Notes: generated by a model not told the origin, from the sequence alone. A DNA stretch of 64,000 nt from Sulfolobales archaeon HS-7 (GCA_019704295.1 AP024596.1:2048001-2112000), one strand, 5' to 3'. Positions 31,397 through 41,412 are shown, counted from the stretch's first letter. Numbers and translations are program-made.

Positions 31397-31592
31397 GATC
31401 CCTCACGCCAATGTGGACTATGCCAAAAAGGGTGAGGGCGAAAATAACAGAGATGTGAGTTCTGTGCCGTTGAGCTCGAAGGAGTCCAGTGACCCACATA
31501 CCGTAAAACTAGGTAGGTGGTTGAGGGCTAAGTCCTATACCGGATCATGATTGAAAATAAAATGAGCGAAATGAAGGTGTAGGGACAAACGG
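31397..31592 (+). mobile_element. Mini IS605/IS1341-type element (omegaRNA-like)
   Basis: CCCTCAC..GTGAGGG hairpin with ATGTGGA like the 21575 copy; ends GGTGTAGGGACAAACGG. Confidence 0.55.
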
Positions 31593-31626
31593 AGAAACAT
31601 TGCCGATTTTTTAAATATCTAATTTA

Positions 31627-32208
31627 GTGATGAGTATTCCCAATCAACCCAAAAATTCTCCAATAAAGAGAAAGAGAATAGATACTAGAGTTTTGTTCAT
31701 ACTGGTTTCAGTAATAGCGGCGATAGGCTACATTATTTACATCCATCATAGCGACACCAAACCTACAAGCACACCAAATACTATTAACACTGAAACTAAC
31801 GCAAATACAACTAAGATCAGTACAAATTATCAGCTACAGTTCATAGCGTATAATTTCAGTCTGTCTAATTCCATGCAGAAGGGTATCACAACCGAAGAAA
31901 ACGGAACGGTGTATTTGCAGATAAGCGGATACTTTAACCAATTCCCTGGTAACTACCCTCAATACCTTACGGGAAAAATCTACATAATCTATATGCAAAT
32001 TACCGTCTATAACAGCACTCAGACCAAGAGTGTTTTACTTCCGGTGTTTACTACAATCAGTTACAGTAATCAAAAGTACTTTGTTTATGAAGCACAGGGC
32101 AGTACTGCAGAACTGAAACAGCTACTTAGCTTACTTAAACCTAATGAGTTTGTAGGGATTGTTTTCTACACTAACAGCACACAAATCCAGGGCTACACGG
32201 TGTGGTGA
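31627..32208 (+). CDS. membrane-anchored transfer-region protein
   Basis: Single TM plus Thr/Asn-rich extracellular domain. Confidence 0.75.
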   Translation: MMSIPNQPKNSPIKRKRIDTRVLFILVSVIAAIGYIIYIHHSDTKPTSTPNTINTETNANTTKISTNYQLQFIAYNFSLSNSMQKGITTEENGTVYLQISGYFNQFPGNYPQYLTGKIYIIYMQITVYNSTQTKSVLLPVFTTISYSNQKYFVYEAQGSTAELKQLLSLLKPNEFVGIVFYTNSTQIQGYTVW

Positions 32209-32441
32209 AAATGAACATTTTATGGAATTTTCTTAACTCAATTATATCGTTTATTTCATCCATATTACAAAATAATTTAGGGATTAGCAGTGTGCAGGCT
32301 AACGAATTAAGCATAGAAATTCTAATAGCTCTATCACTCACGATAACACTACTACTACTCACTTACGCACCGATCTCAAGGAAACTACTCTATTTCCTCG
32401 TAGGGATAATGTGGGCATTAATATTCCTAGCTCTGGTGTGA
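32202..32441 (+). CDS. small membrane protein
   Basis: 79 aa hydrophobic, immediately upstream of the VirD4-like gene. Confidence 0.7.
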   Translation: MVKMNILWNFLNSIISFISSILQNNLGISSVQANELSIEILIALSLTITLLLLTYAPISRKLLYFLVGIMWALIFLALV

Positions 32442-32445
32442 GGAA

Positions 32446-35400
32446 ATGTATGAACTACTTCTAAGAACGGATATTGACTATAAGAAGCTTAAAATAACTG
32501 ACATTTTTACTCATTCTTTCAAAATATATTATTATAACGACGGCGAATACACTCATATCTATCTGGACTCTAACGCGGATCAAAGAATTCTGCAGCAGTA
32601 CTTTGCAGTAAAGCCCTCCGATTTTAATCCATACAATTTTAAGTACTGGACGGAAATTATACCTGATATAGAGAACGATTTCTATTATAAGTTACATTAT
32701 AACAGTTTAGATAATTTCATAAGCAGCTCTCTGCAAAAGGAACAAATATTATGCATTCTGGCGAGCATTGATAATAAAATAAATAGGGAATTTCTTAGGA
32801 GGTCTCATAAACTTAAAGACAGACAAACTAGGGATGCACAAGTACAAAGACAACAACTAGAAAGCTTTGCTAAGGACACACTATACTCTATTAGATTAGT
32901 CCTACTAAGTAATGAACTTGGTAGTCTGTTAGACACTGCATATAAATTAGCCTCTTACGTAGTAACTAATTCTAACAATATTGGAGTAAAGACATTATTC
33001 GGCAAGCCATTAAGGACAGTATATCCTAACTCATGGAAGGCCTTCTTAAGTCTTGAAGATTATGAATATGACAACGACTTTGCACAAATAAGAAGATTAG
33101 ATTATAAGAAGAGGTTATGGGCTACACAAGACGACTTACAATACTTAGTTACGTTCCCGACCACAGTAAAGATTCCCTTAGGGCTATCAGTAACTCTTCC
33201 TTACTATAAGTTAGAAAGAAAGCCCGAAATATGCATAGGTAAAGACTTGGTTTACGGTGAGGAGGTCTGCTTAGAGCCCATAGACTTCATAGGCCATGCT
33301 TTCTTTTTCGGGGCATCAAGGTCTGGGAAAAGCAATACCTTAGAGGTAATAGCTAAACAGCTGAAAAACTACGGAGTAGTAATATTTATTGACCCTAATT
33401 CACAATCTGCACGTAAATTATCGCAGATTGCGGACATGTACTTTTCAATTACTAAAGAGAAACCAAACTTCGGGCTCAACATATTACAATTACCTCACAT
33501 TTTTGAAGACCGTAAGAAGAACATAGACTACCAAATAGCGAATGTCTTGGAACTCTTCGATAAGCTGCTACAATTACCGGAGAACGCTCCAAACGTCAGA
33601 TACATACTCCAGGTACTCCTTTATCAGATGTACAAACTTACGGATAACGTAACATTCCAAGATGTATATAACGCGGTTATTGACCTCTATAACGGGAATT
33701 TAGACCTTGACGTTAATGATGAGCAGTTTCAAAAGGAAGTGGAAATGTTGCAAAAGATGCAGCCGCAATCCTTCTTCTCTATACTGACTAGGATAAAGAT
33801 GTTAGTAGAGAATGACACTTTCAAATACATAACTTCCGAAACAACACTGGACTGGGAAAAGTTAATCCCTAAGTTAAAGAAAGGGCTGATAGCATTTGAT
33901 GTAGGGAAATCGTCTGGGGAAATAGTCAGTCAGACCGTTCAAATGATGATCGCGTTATCTCTCTTTTACTACGTATTCAGAAGGGATCAGAGAGGGGAAG
34001 ATAAAATACCCATATACTTCGTCGTTGACGAAGCCCAGAACATTGCGCACTTCAGTTTTCTAGGGGATATTCTGGCTGAAGCTGCAAAGTACGCTTTGCA
34101 CTTGATCCTGGCAACACAGAGTTACGTCAGGTTAATGGACATGGCAGGGGAAGGAAATGCAAGAGGCCTGATGGCCAATACTAACGTTAAGCTAGTAATG
34201 AGGATAGTAGAAGGTAACGACGCTAATGAGATCGCAAAATCTGCAGGGTTAAAGGAATTCGTAGACGTGTTCCCGAAGTTGAGTAGGGGTATGGGTTTCC
34301 TAACAATTGGCGGAAAGCCGGGTGAACTGAGTGCAATAAAGTTTATTCAAGTAAATTACAGCGGACTGGAGGATAAGGAAGGAAAGCTTACGGAAGGGTT
34401 TGAGCCCAAGATAATTGGGTCTCAGGACATCGCAAAGATGCTTAATCCAATTCTACAATTAATAGAGAAAAAACCGGAACCATTAGAGTTGGTCATTCTT
34501 TATAGGACATTCAGGAACGGAAAGAAGATCTACATGCCTGATTTATTGAGGGAGCTAGGAGTGGATAGAGATAGGGTGGAGGACGCAATTAACAAACTTG
34601 CAGCCGCTGGGATGATAGATGTAACTAAGGAAGGTAACAAAAAGGCCATAATTTACGTTAAGGGTTTATTCCCATTAAAGCACGTAGTTGAGAATGAAGA
34701 GGGCAAGAAGGTAGCACTCAGGGTAATTAAGAAATATTACGATAAAGGGTATATCGTAATTCCGGGCAGACAGCAGGGAGATATTAGAGCCGATTTTCTC
34801 GCCCTCAAATACGATAGTAGCTATAAACTAAAATACGATGACGTGATAGCAGCGGAAATAGAGAGTCCCAACGAGCTATCTGTACATGCGGAACAGGTAG
34901 TAAGGAACATGAAGAAGTATAATGAGTTACCTAACGCTGCAAAGGACAGGATTGCCGAGATCCACATATGGACGTCTGAGGAGGCTTATCCTAAATTAGA
35001 GAAAGCCTACAAGAAGTTCTTAGAAGATAATACAATAGATGAGAGTTACAAAAACAAAGTGAAGATATTCTCTATAAAGATAAAAGAGAAGGCTGAACCG
35101 AAAGTACAGCAGCCACAGCAGAAAATAAGGAAGCCTAACACGTCAACTGGGGAGTTTACCCAAGCTAAACAGGTCGAGAGACAGGAAGTCCGAAGCGAAA
35201 GTAAAGTTGTAACTAACGCTCCTAGCGCTGCTACTGGTAATAACAATAATGAAGAAGGGGAAGTGTCAGAGGGACCAGAGCAAGAATGGGAGATACTAGA
35301 GCCTAAGTCAGCGTTAACTCCTCAGTTAATAACGCTAGCACAGTTAGAGCTTCAGGTAATAGATATGTCCAACGGTAAGGCGATTATTAAGGTCAGCGAT

Positions 35401-35544
35401 AAGGAATATAGGATAAATATTAAGGACTTAGAGGACCTGCAGGGCCTGAGAGACATGATAACTGAAGCAAAAATAGACAACAACTGCCTTAAGGTAAAAA
35501 CAAGCCTAGGCCTCACTCAAAAGATCGTTTTGGAGCCCTTATGA
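32446..35544 (+). CDS. VirD4/TraG-like coupling ATPase with C-terminal wHTH and nuclease-like domain
   Basis: FGASRSGKSN Walker A, IDP, VVDEAQN, LATQS; 1032 aa. Confidence 0.9.
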   Translation: MYELLLRTDIDYKKLKITDIFTHSFKIYYYNDGEYTHIYLDSNADQRILQQYFAVKPSDFNPYNFKYWTEIIPDIENDFYYKLHYNSLDNFISSSLQKEQILCILASIDNKINREFLRRSHKLKDRQTRDAQVQRQQLESFAKDTLYSIRLVLLSNELGSLLDTAYKLASYVVTNSNNIGVKTLFGKPLRTVYPNSWKAFLSLEDYEYDNDFAQIRRLDYKKRLWATQDDLQYLVTFPTTVKIPLGLSVTLPYYKLERKPEICIGKDLVYGEEVCLEPIDFIGHAFFFGASRSGKSNTLEVIAKQLKNYGVVIFIDPNSQSARKLSQIADMYFSITKEKPNFGLNILQLPHIFEDRKKNIDYQIANVLELFDKLLQLPENAPNVRYILQVLLYQMYKLTDNVTFQDVYNAVIDLYNGNLDLDVNDEQFQKEVEMLQKMQPQSFFSILTRIKMLVENDTFKYITSETTLDWEKLIPKLKKGLIAFDVGKSSGEIVSQTVQMMIALSLFYYVFRRDQRGEDKIPIYFVVDEAQNIAHFSFLGDILAEAAKYALHLILATQSYVRLMDMAGEGNARGLMANTNVKLVMRIVEGNDANEIAKSAGLKEFVDVFPKLSRGMGFLTIGGKPGELSAIKFIQVNYSGLEDKEGKLTEGFEPKIIGSQDIAKMLNPILQLIEKKPEPLELVILYRTFRNGKKIYMPDLLRELGVDRDRVEDAINKLAAAGMIDVTKEGNKKAIIYVKGLFPLKHVVENEEGKKVALRVIKKYYDKGYIVIPGRQQGDIRADFLALKYDSSYKLKYDDVIAAEIESPNELSVHAEQVVRNMKKYNELPNAAKDRIAEIHIWTSEEAYPKLEKAYKKFLEDNTIDESYKNKVKIFSIKIKEKAEPKVQQPQQKIRKPNTSTGEFTQAKQVERQEVRSESKVVTNAPSAATGNNNNEEGEVSEGPEQEWEILEPKSALTPQLITLAQLELQVIDMSNGKAIIKVSDKEYRINIKDLEDLQGLRDMITEAKIDNNCLKVKTSLGLTQKIVLEPL

Positions 35545-35974
35545 TTTTTTCCTTCAAGCTATCTATTTGCTCGGGTAGGAAGAAATAGACGTGCTTATCA
35601 TCCCCTAGGATCTTGGCTTTCAATATCACCTTTTTCTTTACCAAACTCCAAACAATGTATCTGATATACGATATATCTTGTGTCTTTGCAAAGTACTCTT
35701 TAATTTCATTATCTCTTGCAATAAGCTTGAGTATTATCTCCTTTTCACTTAAAAAAGGCTCTTCTCTCAGAATTTCAACTATCCTATTAGCAATTTTAGC
35801 ATTTAACGATCTTACTTTCTCCGGCATTACTAAAACATAAGAATCTTCACTTTCCTTACTCTTTTTAGAGATTGTTTTCCTTTTCTCAGATTTCCTTTCC
35901 TCTACTTTACTTTCTTTTCCTTTCTCTTCTTCTAAATTATTATTTAATTGATTAGGAGTATTTTGTTCACTCAA
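35513..35974 (-). CDS. wHTH DNA-binding plasmid protein next to the origin region
   Basis: IVEILREEPFLSEKEI..YIVWSLVKKKVILKAKI. Confidence 0.7.
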   Translation of the reverse strand: MSEQNTPNQLNNNLEEEKGKESKVEERKSEKRKTISKKSKESEDSYVLVMPEKVRSLNAKIANRIVEILREEPFLSEKEIILKLIARDNEIKEYFAKTQDISYIRYIVWSLVKKKVILKAKILGDDKHVYFFLPEQIDSLKEKIIRAPKRSFE

Positions 35975-36040
35975 GTTTACTCACTCTAATAATAGCAAAT
36001 ATTTAAAAACCTCAATCGTGTTTGGAACAGTTTAATTAAA

Positions 36041-37560
36041 TATATCAATGCTAGCTAGAAGATTACTAAAGATAGGGTATAGTATATCAATGCTATGTTA
36101 TTGTATATATTTGCCAGGGCATTGTAGGGTTTTCATCTCTATACCCCCAAATCCCCCTTTTTCTCTAACTCTCTTTCTAAAATTCTAACTAATCCAACAT
36201 ACTCTCTAAACCAACTCACTAACTCAGCTCCTAATCCAAAACCACAACTCTAACTCAAAACTCCCAAGTTCAACAATTAACTCAAAACTTAACACCCTCT
36301 ATTCTTACTTTTCTCTTTACTACTCTTCTAATCTAAGTAACTCTTTCTCTTACTCTGTCTAAACAGCTCTTAACTCTGTCTGTTTCTCTTTGCTCTGATT
36401 GTCTCCGTCTAACTCCGACTTCTTCTGTCTAAACAGCTCTTTCTCTCTAATCTATTCTTTAACTCTATTCAACTCTATCTTTTCAGTCCCCGTTTACTTC
36501 TGTCTATACATGTGTTTCCGTCCTTTGCTTACTCTCTAACTCTTCTAATCTTACAAACTCCCTTTTCTCTGTTACTCTATTATGGGCTCCAACCCTTCCT
36601 CTCTTCTTTCCCTTCTTCCTTCTTTCCCCCTTTACTTCCATTACTTCCTCTATTTCTTTCAAACCCTCTAAGGTTTTCTCCCTCTTCTCTCCTTTCCTCG
36701 AATTCGCCTCAAAGAGACTCCTATATCCTCAGTAGTACCGTCTCTTGTACCCTTTGTTCTAGTCTTAAACTGGGCTCTTATCCCTTTCACTTATCCTAAA
36801 AAGCCTTAGACCCAACTTCCTCGTAAGGATCTACCAATCCCAAAAACTTTCTGGACGTATTTTCCTCCTTAACGCGTCACACAGGGTCTATACGCATTCC
36901 ACAGGATCCTGGACCTACACACCTACTGACTTTTTACAGTATAAGGACCATTGCCCTGGATTTCCTCTATAGCTTTCGCTATCTTCATCACGAACCCGTA
37001 AAGATTCTAAGATTACCGTCACCTTACAAAAAGAACGTGCTATCACATACACATCCTTAACCCCGCTAATCGGTAGTTCTCCTCTTTAGACAATCTCCTT
37101 CTATAAGGGACTCACGCCCCTTAACCCCTTTTCTTTCCTTAACTCCTCTATAGCTTCCGCCTCGGTTTTTCCTCCCTCTGTTAATTGGTATAGGTACTCC
37201 CCTCTTTACAGCATCGTATCTTACTGCGAATCCGTAAAAGTAAAGGTCCTCTAAGATTGCCTCAGCTCTCTCCTAACAAAAACCCATAGTTCTCAAATGT
37301 GCTATCGTATGCACGTCCTTGACCCCACCCATCCTCATCAGGAAGAGCAGTATGTCTTCTTCTCCTCTTTGCATAGATAACCTCCTTCAATATTTCATTA
37401 AAAAGTATAAGGGGCTCACGCCCCTTAACCCCTTCTCTTTCTTCATGTTTCAAATCATCTAAGGATTCCTTCTATCTATCATTGGGTCCTTTCTACATAT
37501 CCTTCTTTCAACCCAACACAGTATAAGGGGTTTCACCCCTTAACCCCGCCAAAACCTCTA
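36041..37560. other. Putative replication/transfer origin region
   Basis: 1.5-kb non-coding stretch with TATATCAATGCTA x2, TCTATACCCCC (36138), a G-poor tract, and degenerate repeated units with hairpins. Confidence 0.6.
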
Positions 37561-37661
37561 TCACAACTGACCTACTACCGCTGGGTGGGGAGTGAAGGAA
37601 TAGGAAAATGTAATGAGTACTTTTACTTACCAGTAACACTATTATATTGCCAGTAGCGAAT

Positions 37662-37892
37662 ATGGAGAAGATAGAAGTAGAATTTAATCCCGCTCAAGGA
37701 GATAAATTAATATTTTTGAATAATAATATAGTAAGTAAGCTTACAGTTTATTACCAAGACAGGGATAAATTGAAAGACAATAGATTAATTATTGTAGCAG
37801 AAGTAAGTGATGAAAAGGAAAAGGAGGCAGTAGACTTTTTCATAAAAGAGAGCGGATTACAGGGGACGGTAATAGTCATAAAGAGGGTTTAG
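37662..37892 (+). CDS. hypothetical plasmid protein
   Basis: ORF track 37647-37892; ATG MEKIEV chosen as start. Confidence 0.6.
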   Translation: MEKIEVEFNPAQGDKLIFLNNNIVSKLTVYYQDRDKLKDNRLIIVAEVSDEKEKEAVDFFIKESGLQGTVIVIKRV

Positions 37893-38275
37893 TACTGTTT
37901 TACCTTCGTAAATGCGTGTAACCTTACCCACGTCACTTTCCTTTTCGCTTTCGTTATCGCCTCAACTACGTCATCTGTATTAGAGGGGTCTATTGTCAAA
38001 TTATCCTCCATAGTTACAACGTATTCTCTCTTGTCCTTTGGATCGAAAGAATAGAAGTATATATAATCTATTTTTTCTATTCCTTCAATTTCACTATAAT
38101 CGATACTAATCTCATTAGCCGTAGATATAACGTAGTTGTAAACCGTCATTGCTAAATCTCCTTCTATCTCTGCATTAAAACTCTCCTTATTCTTTATCAT
38201 CAAAACGATCTCAAAGTAGTAAACGTCCTTTTCAGGAATTTTTTGACCCCTGTATTCCATCTTTCTGTTTCCCAT
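37889..38275 (-). CDS. hypothetical plasmid protein
   Basis: 128-aa acidic ORF. Confidence 0.7.
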   Translation of the reverse strand: MGNRKMEYRGQKIPEKDVYYFEIVLMIKNKESFNAEIEGDLAMTVYNYVISTANEISIDYSEIEGIEKIDYIYFYSFDPKDKREYVVTMEDNLTIDPSNTDDVVEAITKAKRKVTWVRLHAFTKVKQY

Positions 38276-38399
38276 TTTAATCTACTCATTCTAAGTATTT
38301 AAATGTTTCTGTTTATGCTTTAACGTTAAAAGATACGTTATATTTAAGGTGAAAATCATCAACAAAAATATTTATAAGAAGAAGGTACAAGTATAGGAT

Positions 38400-39017
38400 A
38401 TGAAGGTTAAAACAGTCTCGGAGAGGGAGTTCAGGGAGTACGTGAAGGGGAAGGGGTACGTGATAAGGGGGGCCTACGGGGAAAAGGCGGATATAAGTGA
38501 AGCGTTTAAAGTACTGATAAGGTCTTTGAGTGAGGACCAGATAAAAGTGATCAGGGGGTTAAAGGTCGAGGGAAGGGTTAAGGAAGTTGAGGTAAGTAGA
38601 GAGGTTATAGAAGAGATGAAGAAGAAGGGGGTAAGCGAGGAGGATATCCCTAAAATAATTATTGCTGCATTAAACAGTGACCTATTGCCCGAAAAACCCC
38701 CGGAAATTGTGAATTTGGTTAGAGGGAAGAAAATAAGTAGGGAAGAGGTAATAAAATTCTACGAAAAATTCGGATATAGTGAAAAAGCAGTGAATAAGAT
38801 GATAGATAGGGCTGTAGAGAGGGATGAAATAGTTGAGGTTATTGAGTTTGTTAAGGATAAGGAAATTGCGGGTAGGGCAGGGGAGATTTTGGAGGTTATT
38901 AAAGAGTACGGGAGGATAAGCAGAGATGAGCTAAAAGGAATAGTAGGTGAAGAGGGGTTAAGCGGGCTGTTGAACTATCTTAAGAAGGAGGGGACAATTA
39001 GGGTTTATTTGGAGTGA
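38400..39017 (+). CDS. multi-HTH plasmid protein
   Basis: C-terminal wHTH-like ISRDELKGIV..LLNYLKKEGTI. Confidence 0.7.
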   Translation: MKVKTVSEREFREYVKGKGYVIRGAYGEKADISEAFKVLIRSLSEDQIKVIRGLKVEGRVKEVEVSREVIEEMKKKGVSEEDIPKIIIAALNSDLLPEKPPEIVNLVRGKKISREEVIKFYEKFGYSEKAVNKMIDRAVERDEIVEVIEFVKDKEIAGRAGEILEVIKEYGRISRDELKGIVGEEGLSGLLNYLKKEGTIRVYLE

Positions 39018-39128
39018 AGGATAATTAGGGGGTGAACTGGGGAGTTTACTTTATGATCTGAAACTCATAATAAGTAAGATGCTGCAAAATAATACCAGTT
39101 TTTATATGCAGTAAACTTTCTTATTGAT

Positions 39129-39899
39129 ATGGGTTCAGTTATAACAGAGACAATCAGTATTATTTCAGGGCTTGGATCACTCATATCTGCTGTAGCGCTA
39201 GTGATTACTATCCACTATTACAGGAAACAGACATCCGGTTTAGAGAAGCAGTTGGAGGAGATGAGGAAACAGAATAGTATACTTGAACAACAGTTAGAAG
39301 AAATGAGGAAGAAAGCAGAGCTAAAAGCAGAATTCGACTATACTTTTCTGGATAATGCCGTCCCGATAACCGATGCGGATAAAGCCATTATATCAGGAAT
39401 TATGATAAAGAGCGGTACAGATACTAGAGCAAAGATTGTTAGGATCAATGTTTTCAATGAGAGTTCGGTTACTGCAAGGCAGTGCGTGGCAAAGGTCAGG
39501 ATATTTAGGAAAGATCATTGGGAGGGTTTCGGAGGAATTATGTTACACTGGATCAGATATCGGGTGGGCATACATGGTAATCGAATGGAGGACTTATATA
39601 GGCCTATAGACATTGCTGCAAAAGATAGCGAAATAGCGGATCTGGTATTTATAATTAAAGATCACAAGGAAAAATATGCTGCAATAAGGACGGATCTGGG
39701 TCTTGATATACTGTTTGCTAATCCCAGAACCAGGCTACATGAAGACGATATTCTTAAGGTTTCGGTGTATTGCGATAACGCTACGTTAGATCTTCCTTGT
39801 ATACATGTGAAGAAAGTACCGGATTACGATACCATAAACAGTAGTAACGAAAAGGACTTCTTAGAGATATTGGAATGCCATAAAGTTTTACCATCATAA
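39129..39899 (+). CDS. TM/coiled-coil cargo protein of unknown function
   Basis: N-terminal TM, repeated LE.QLEEMRK heptads, beta-rich C-terminus. Confidence 0.75.
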   Translation: MGSVITETISIISGLGSLISAVALVITIHYYRKQTSGLEKQLEEMRKQNSILEQQLEEMRKKAELKAEFDYTFLDNAVPITDADKAIISGIMIKSGTDTRAKIVRINVFNESSVTARQCVAKVRIFRKDHWEGFGGIMLHWIRYRVGIHGNRMEDLYRPIDIAAKDSEIADLVFIIKDHKEKYAAIRTDLGLDILFANPRTRLHEDDILKVSVYCDNATLDLPCIHVKKVPDYDTINSSNEKDFLEILECHKVLPS

Positions 39900-40448
39900 A
39901 ATTAAAACCACAATTATTTTCAACGACCAAAGGTATTAAGGTAACTCCTAAACTATATATTGATTTCTCATTTCGGTTTTAGAATTAAAATCTCCAATTA
40001 CTGCGAAAAATTCAACGACTATGCATACTACTACTAAGAATTTTGGAAGTGAAAGTAGTGAGTGAAAAACTTAAGCCCAGGGTAGTTTCTAATCATGTAA
40101 GGCCTTTCTTAATTCCTAAAAATTTTCTAAAGATAAAAGTGAAAATTCAATTAGCTGTAATTTAGCTAAAAATTAGCCTAAATAAAAAAGTGTAAAATTG
40201 AAAGTGATTGAAGAAGTCAGAAAGTGATTCAAGAAGTTAGAAAAAGTTTGAGTAGTAGTTATATATATTAAGTCTCCTCATAAAGAAACAAGTATTTTTC
40301 TGAGTAAACTGGGGAGTTTTTACAAGGAATTAGTTGCACTTTTAGAAAAAGATTTACAAATTAAACTGGGGAGTTAACGGTACTTAGAATATTTATTCCA
40401 GTAATGAGAAAATAGGGCAATAGTATGAGGTGTATGCATATATATCCC

Positions 40449-40976
40449 TCACCAAAGCAAGGCCTTACTTAACCTTACCTTCTTCGCTGCAAGTGAAGAA
40501 GGCCATAAGTACAGGATACCTACGTTTGCCAAAGATAAAATCGCCCTTGTTGTCTCCTCCAGTCCCTCATTTATTGCCCTGGAAATCAATTCGGCAATAT
40601 TGCCCTCCGAACCGCCTTCTAAATACGACCTACCTGTCCTTCTCATATAAAATATTAAGAATTCTATTACCTTCTTCTCTACTTCGTCCAGCTCTCTCCC
40701 TATTACTTTCCTCATAAGTTCTTCTGCCTTCCTCAGTACATCCCTACCTCTCTTCAGCGCTTCTTTGACTATTAAGAGTACCCTGGGGTTTATCGAGTAC
40801 TTGTTGATTCTACCCTCCTTTTTTACCGAAACTATTGTGTTGAAGTAACGTTTCAGCCTTGGGTAGATCTCCCTGCTTTCTACTTGTATGATTTCTGCTA
40901 AGTCTGCTGCAGTTCTCTCTCCTGCCAATAGTTCCTCAAAAAGCCTCTTTACCCTATCAGACCTGAAGGAAATCAC
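40449..40976 (-). CDS. conserved plasmid wHTH protein
   Basis: TAADLAEIIQVESREIYPRLKRY HTH. Confidence 0.75.
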   Translation of the reverse strand: MISFRSDRVKRLFEELLAGERTAADLAEIIQVESREIYPRLKRYFNTIVSVKKEGRINKYSINPRVLLIVKEALKRGRDVLRKAEELMRKVIGRELDEVEKKVIEFLIFYMRRTGRSYLEGGSEGNIAELISRAINEGLEETTRAILSLANVGILYLWPSSLAAKKVRLSKALLW

Positions 40977-40978
40977 CG

Positions 40979-41086
40979 TTAACTCCCCAGTTTACGTTGC
41001 TCGACGAGAAATTCCGATTGAAGGAGAACGAAGAATAGGATCACTATCAGCGTAAGGCTTATTACGATATTTGTAAATAGTTTCAA
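40979..41086 (-). CDS. 35-aa hydrophobic peptide (not in ORF track)
   Basis: GGGGGTG RBS, TTG start, MKLFTNIVISLTLIVILFFVLLQSEFLVEQRKLGS. Confidence 0.4.
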   Translation of the reverse strand: MKLFTNIVISLTLIVILFFVLLQSEFLVEQRKLGS

Positions 41087-41113
41087 TTAGCACCCCCTTT
41101 CCTTTTTCTTTTT

Positions 41114-41392
41114 TTAAATTAGAGAGACTGTAGTATTCTCTTTCAATTTCTCTATATATCCCAAAAATGGTAAGAACGTCTTAATCAATTGTTGCCTAGC
41201 TTTTTCAGTAAGGATATATCCCTCTCCCTTTTTCTCAGTGTATCCGTTTGCGATTAACCATGTTATGTTTTCATGATAGGTAGTTAAGCTCATTCCGAGG
41301 ATGTCTCTTATTTCCCTATCCGTCTTTGGTCCGTCTAATAAAACTAGTAAAATCTTAGCTGTTGGGTACATCAACTGATCTCTTATTTTCAT
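41114..41392 (-). CDS. wHTH transcriptional regulator
   Basis: ILLVLLDGPKTDREI..WLIANGY..YILTEK. Confidence 0.8.
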   Translation of the reverse strand: MKIRDQLMYPTAKILLVLLDGPKTDREIRDILGMSLTTYHENITWLIANGYTEKKGEGYILTEKARQQLIKTFLPFLGYIEKLKENTTVSLI

Positions 41393-41393
41393 A

Positions 41394-41412
41394 TGATACG
41401 TATAGCGTATCT
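41394..41412. promoter_or_regulatory. Palindromic operator TGATACG-N5-CGTATCT
   Basis: Between TATA and ATG of 41114-41392; second copy at 42675. Confidence 0.65.

Noticed and set aside
36512-36799. 95-aa Ser/Leu/Pro/Phe ORF
   Set aside because: Artifact of the pyrimidine-rich tract
36935-37550. Possible plasmid mini-CRISPR array
   Set aside because: Repeats are imperfect, spaced irregularly (~115-300 bp) and the intervening sequences are themselves homologous; no CRISPR array or cas gene seen in the window
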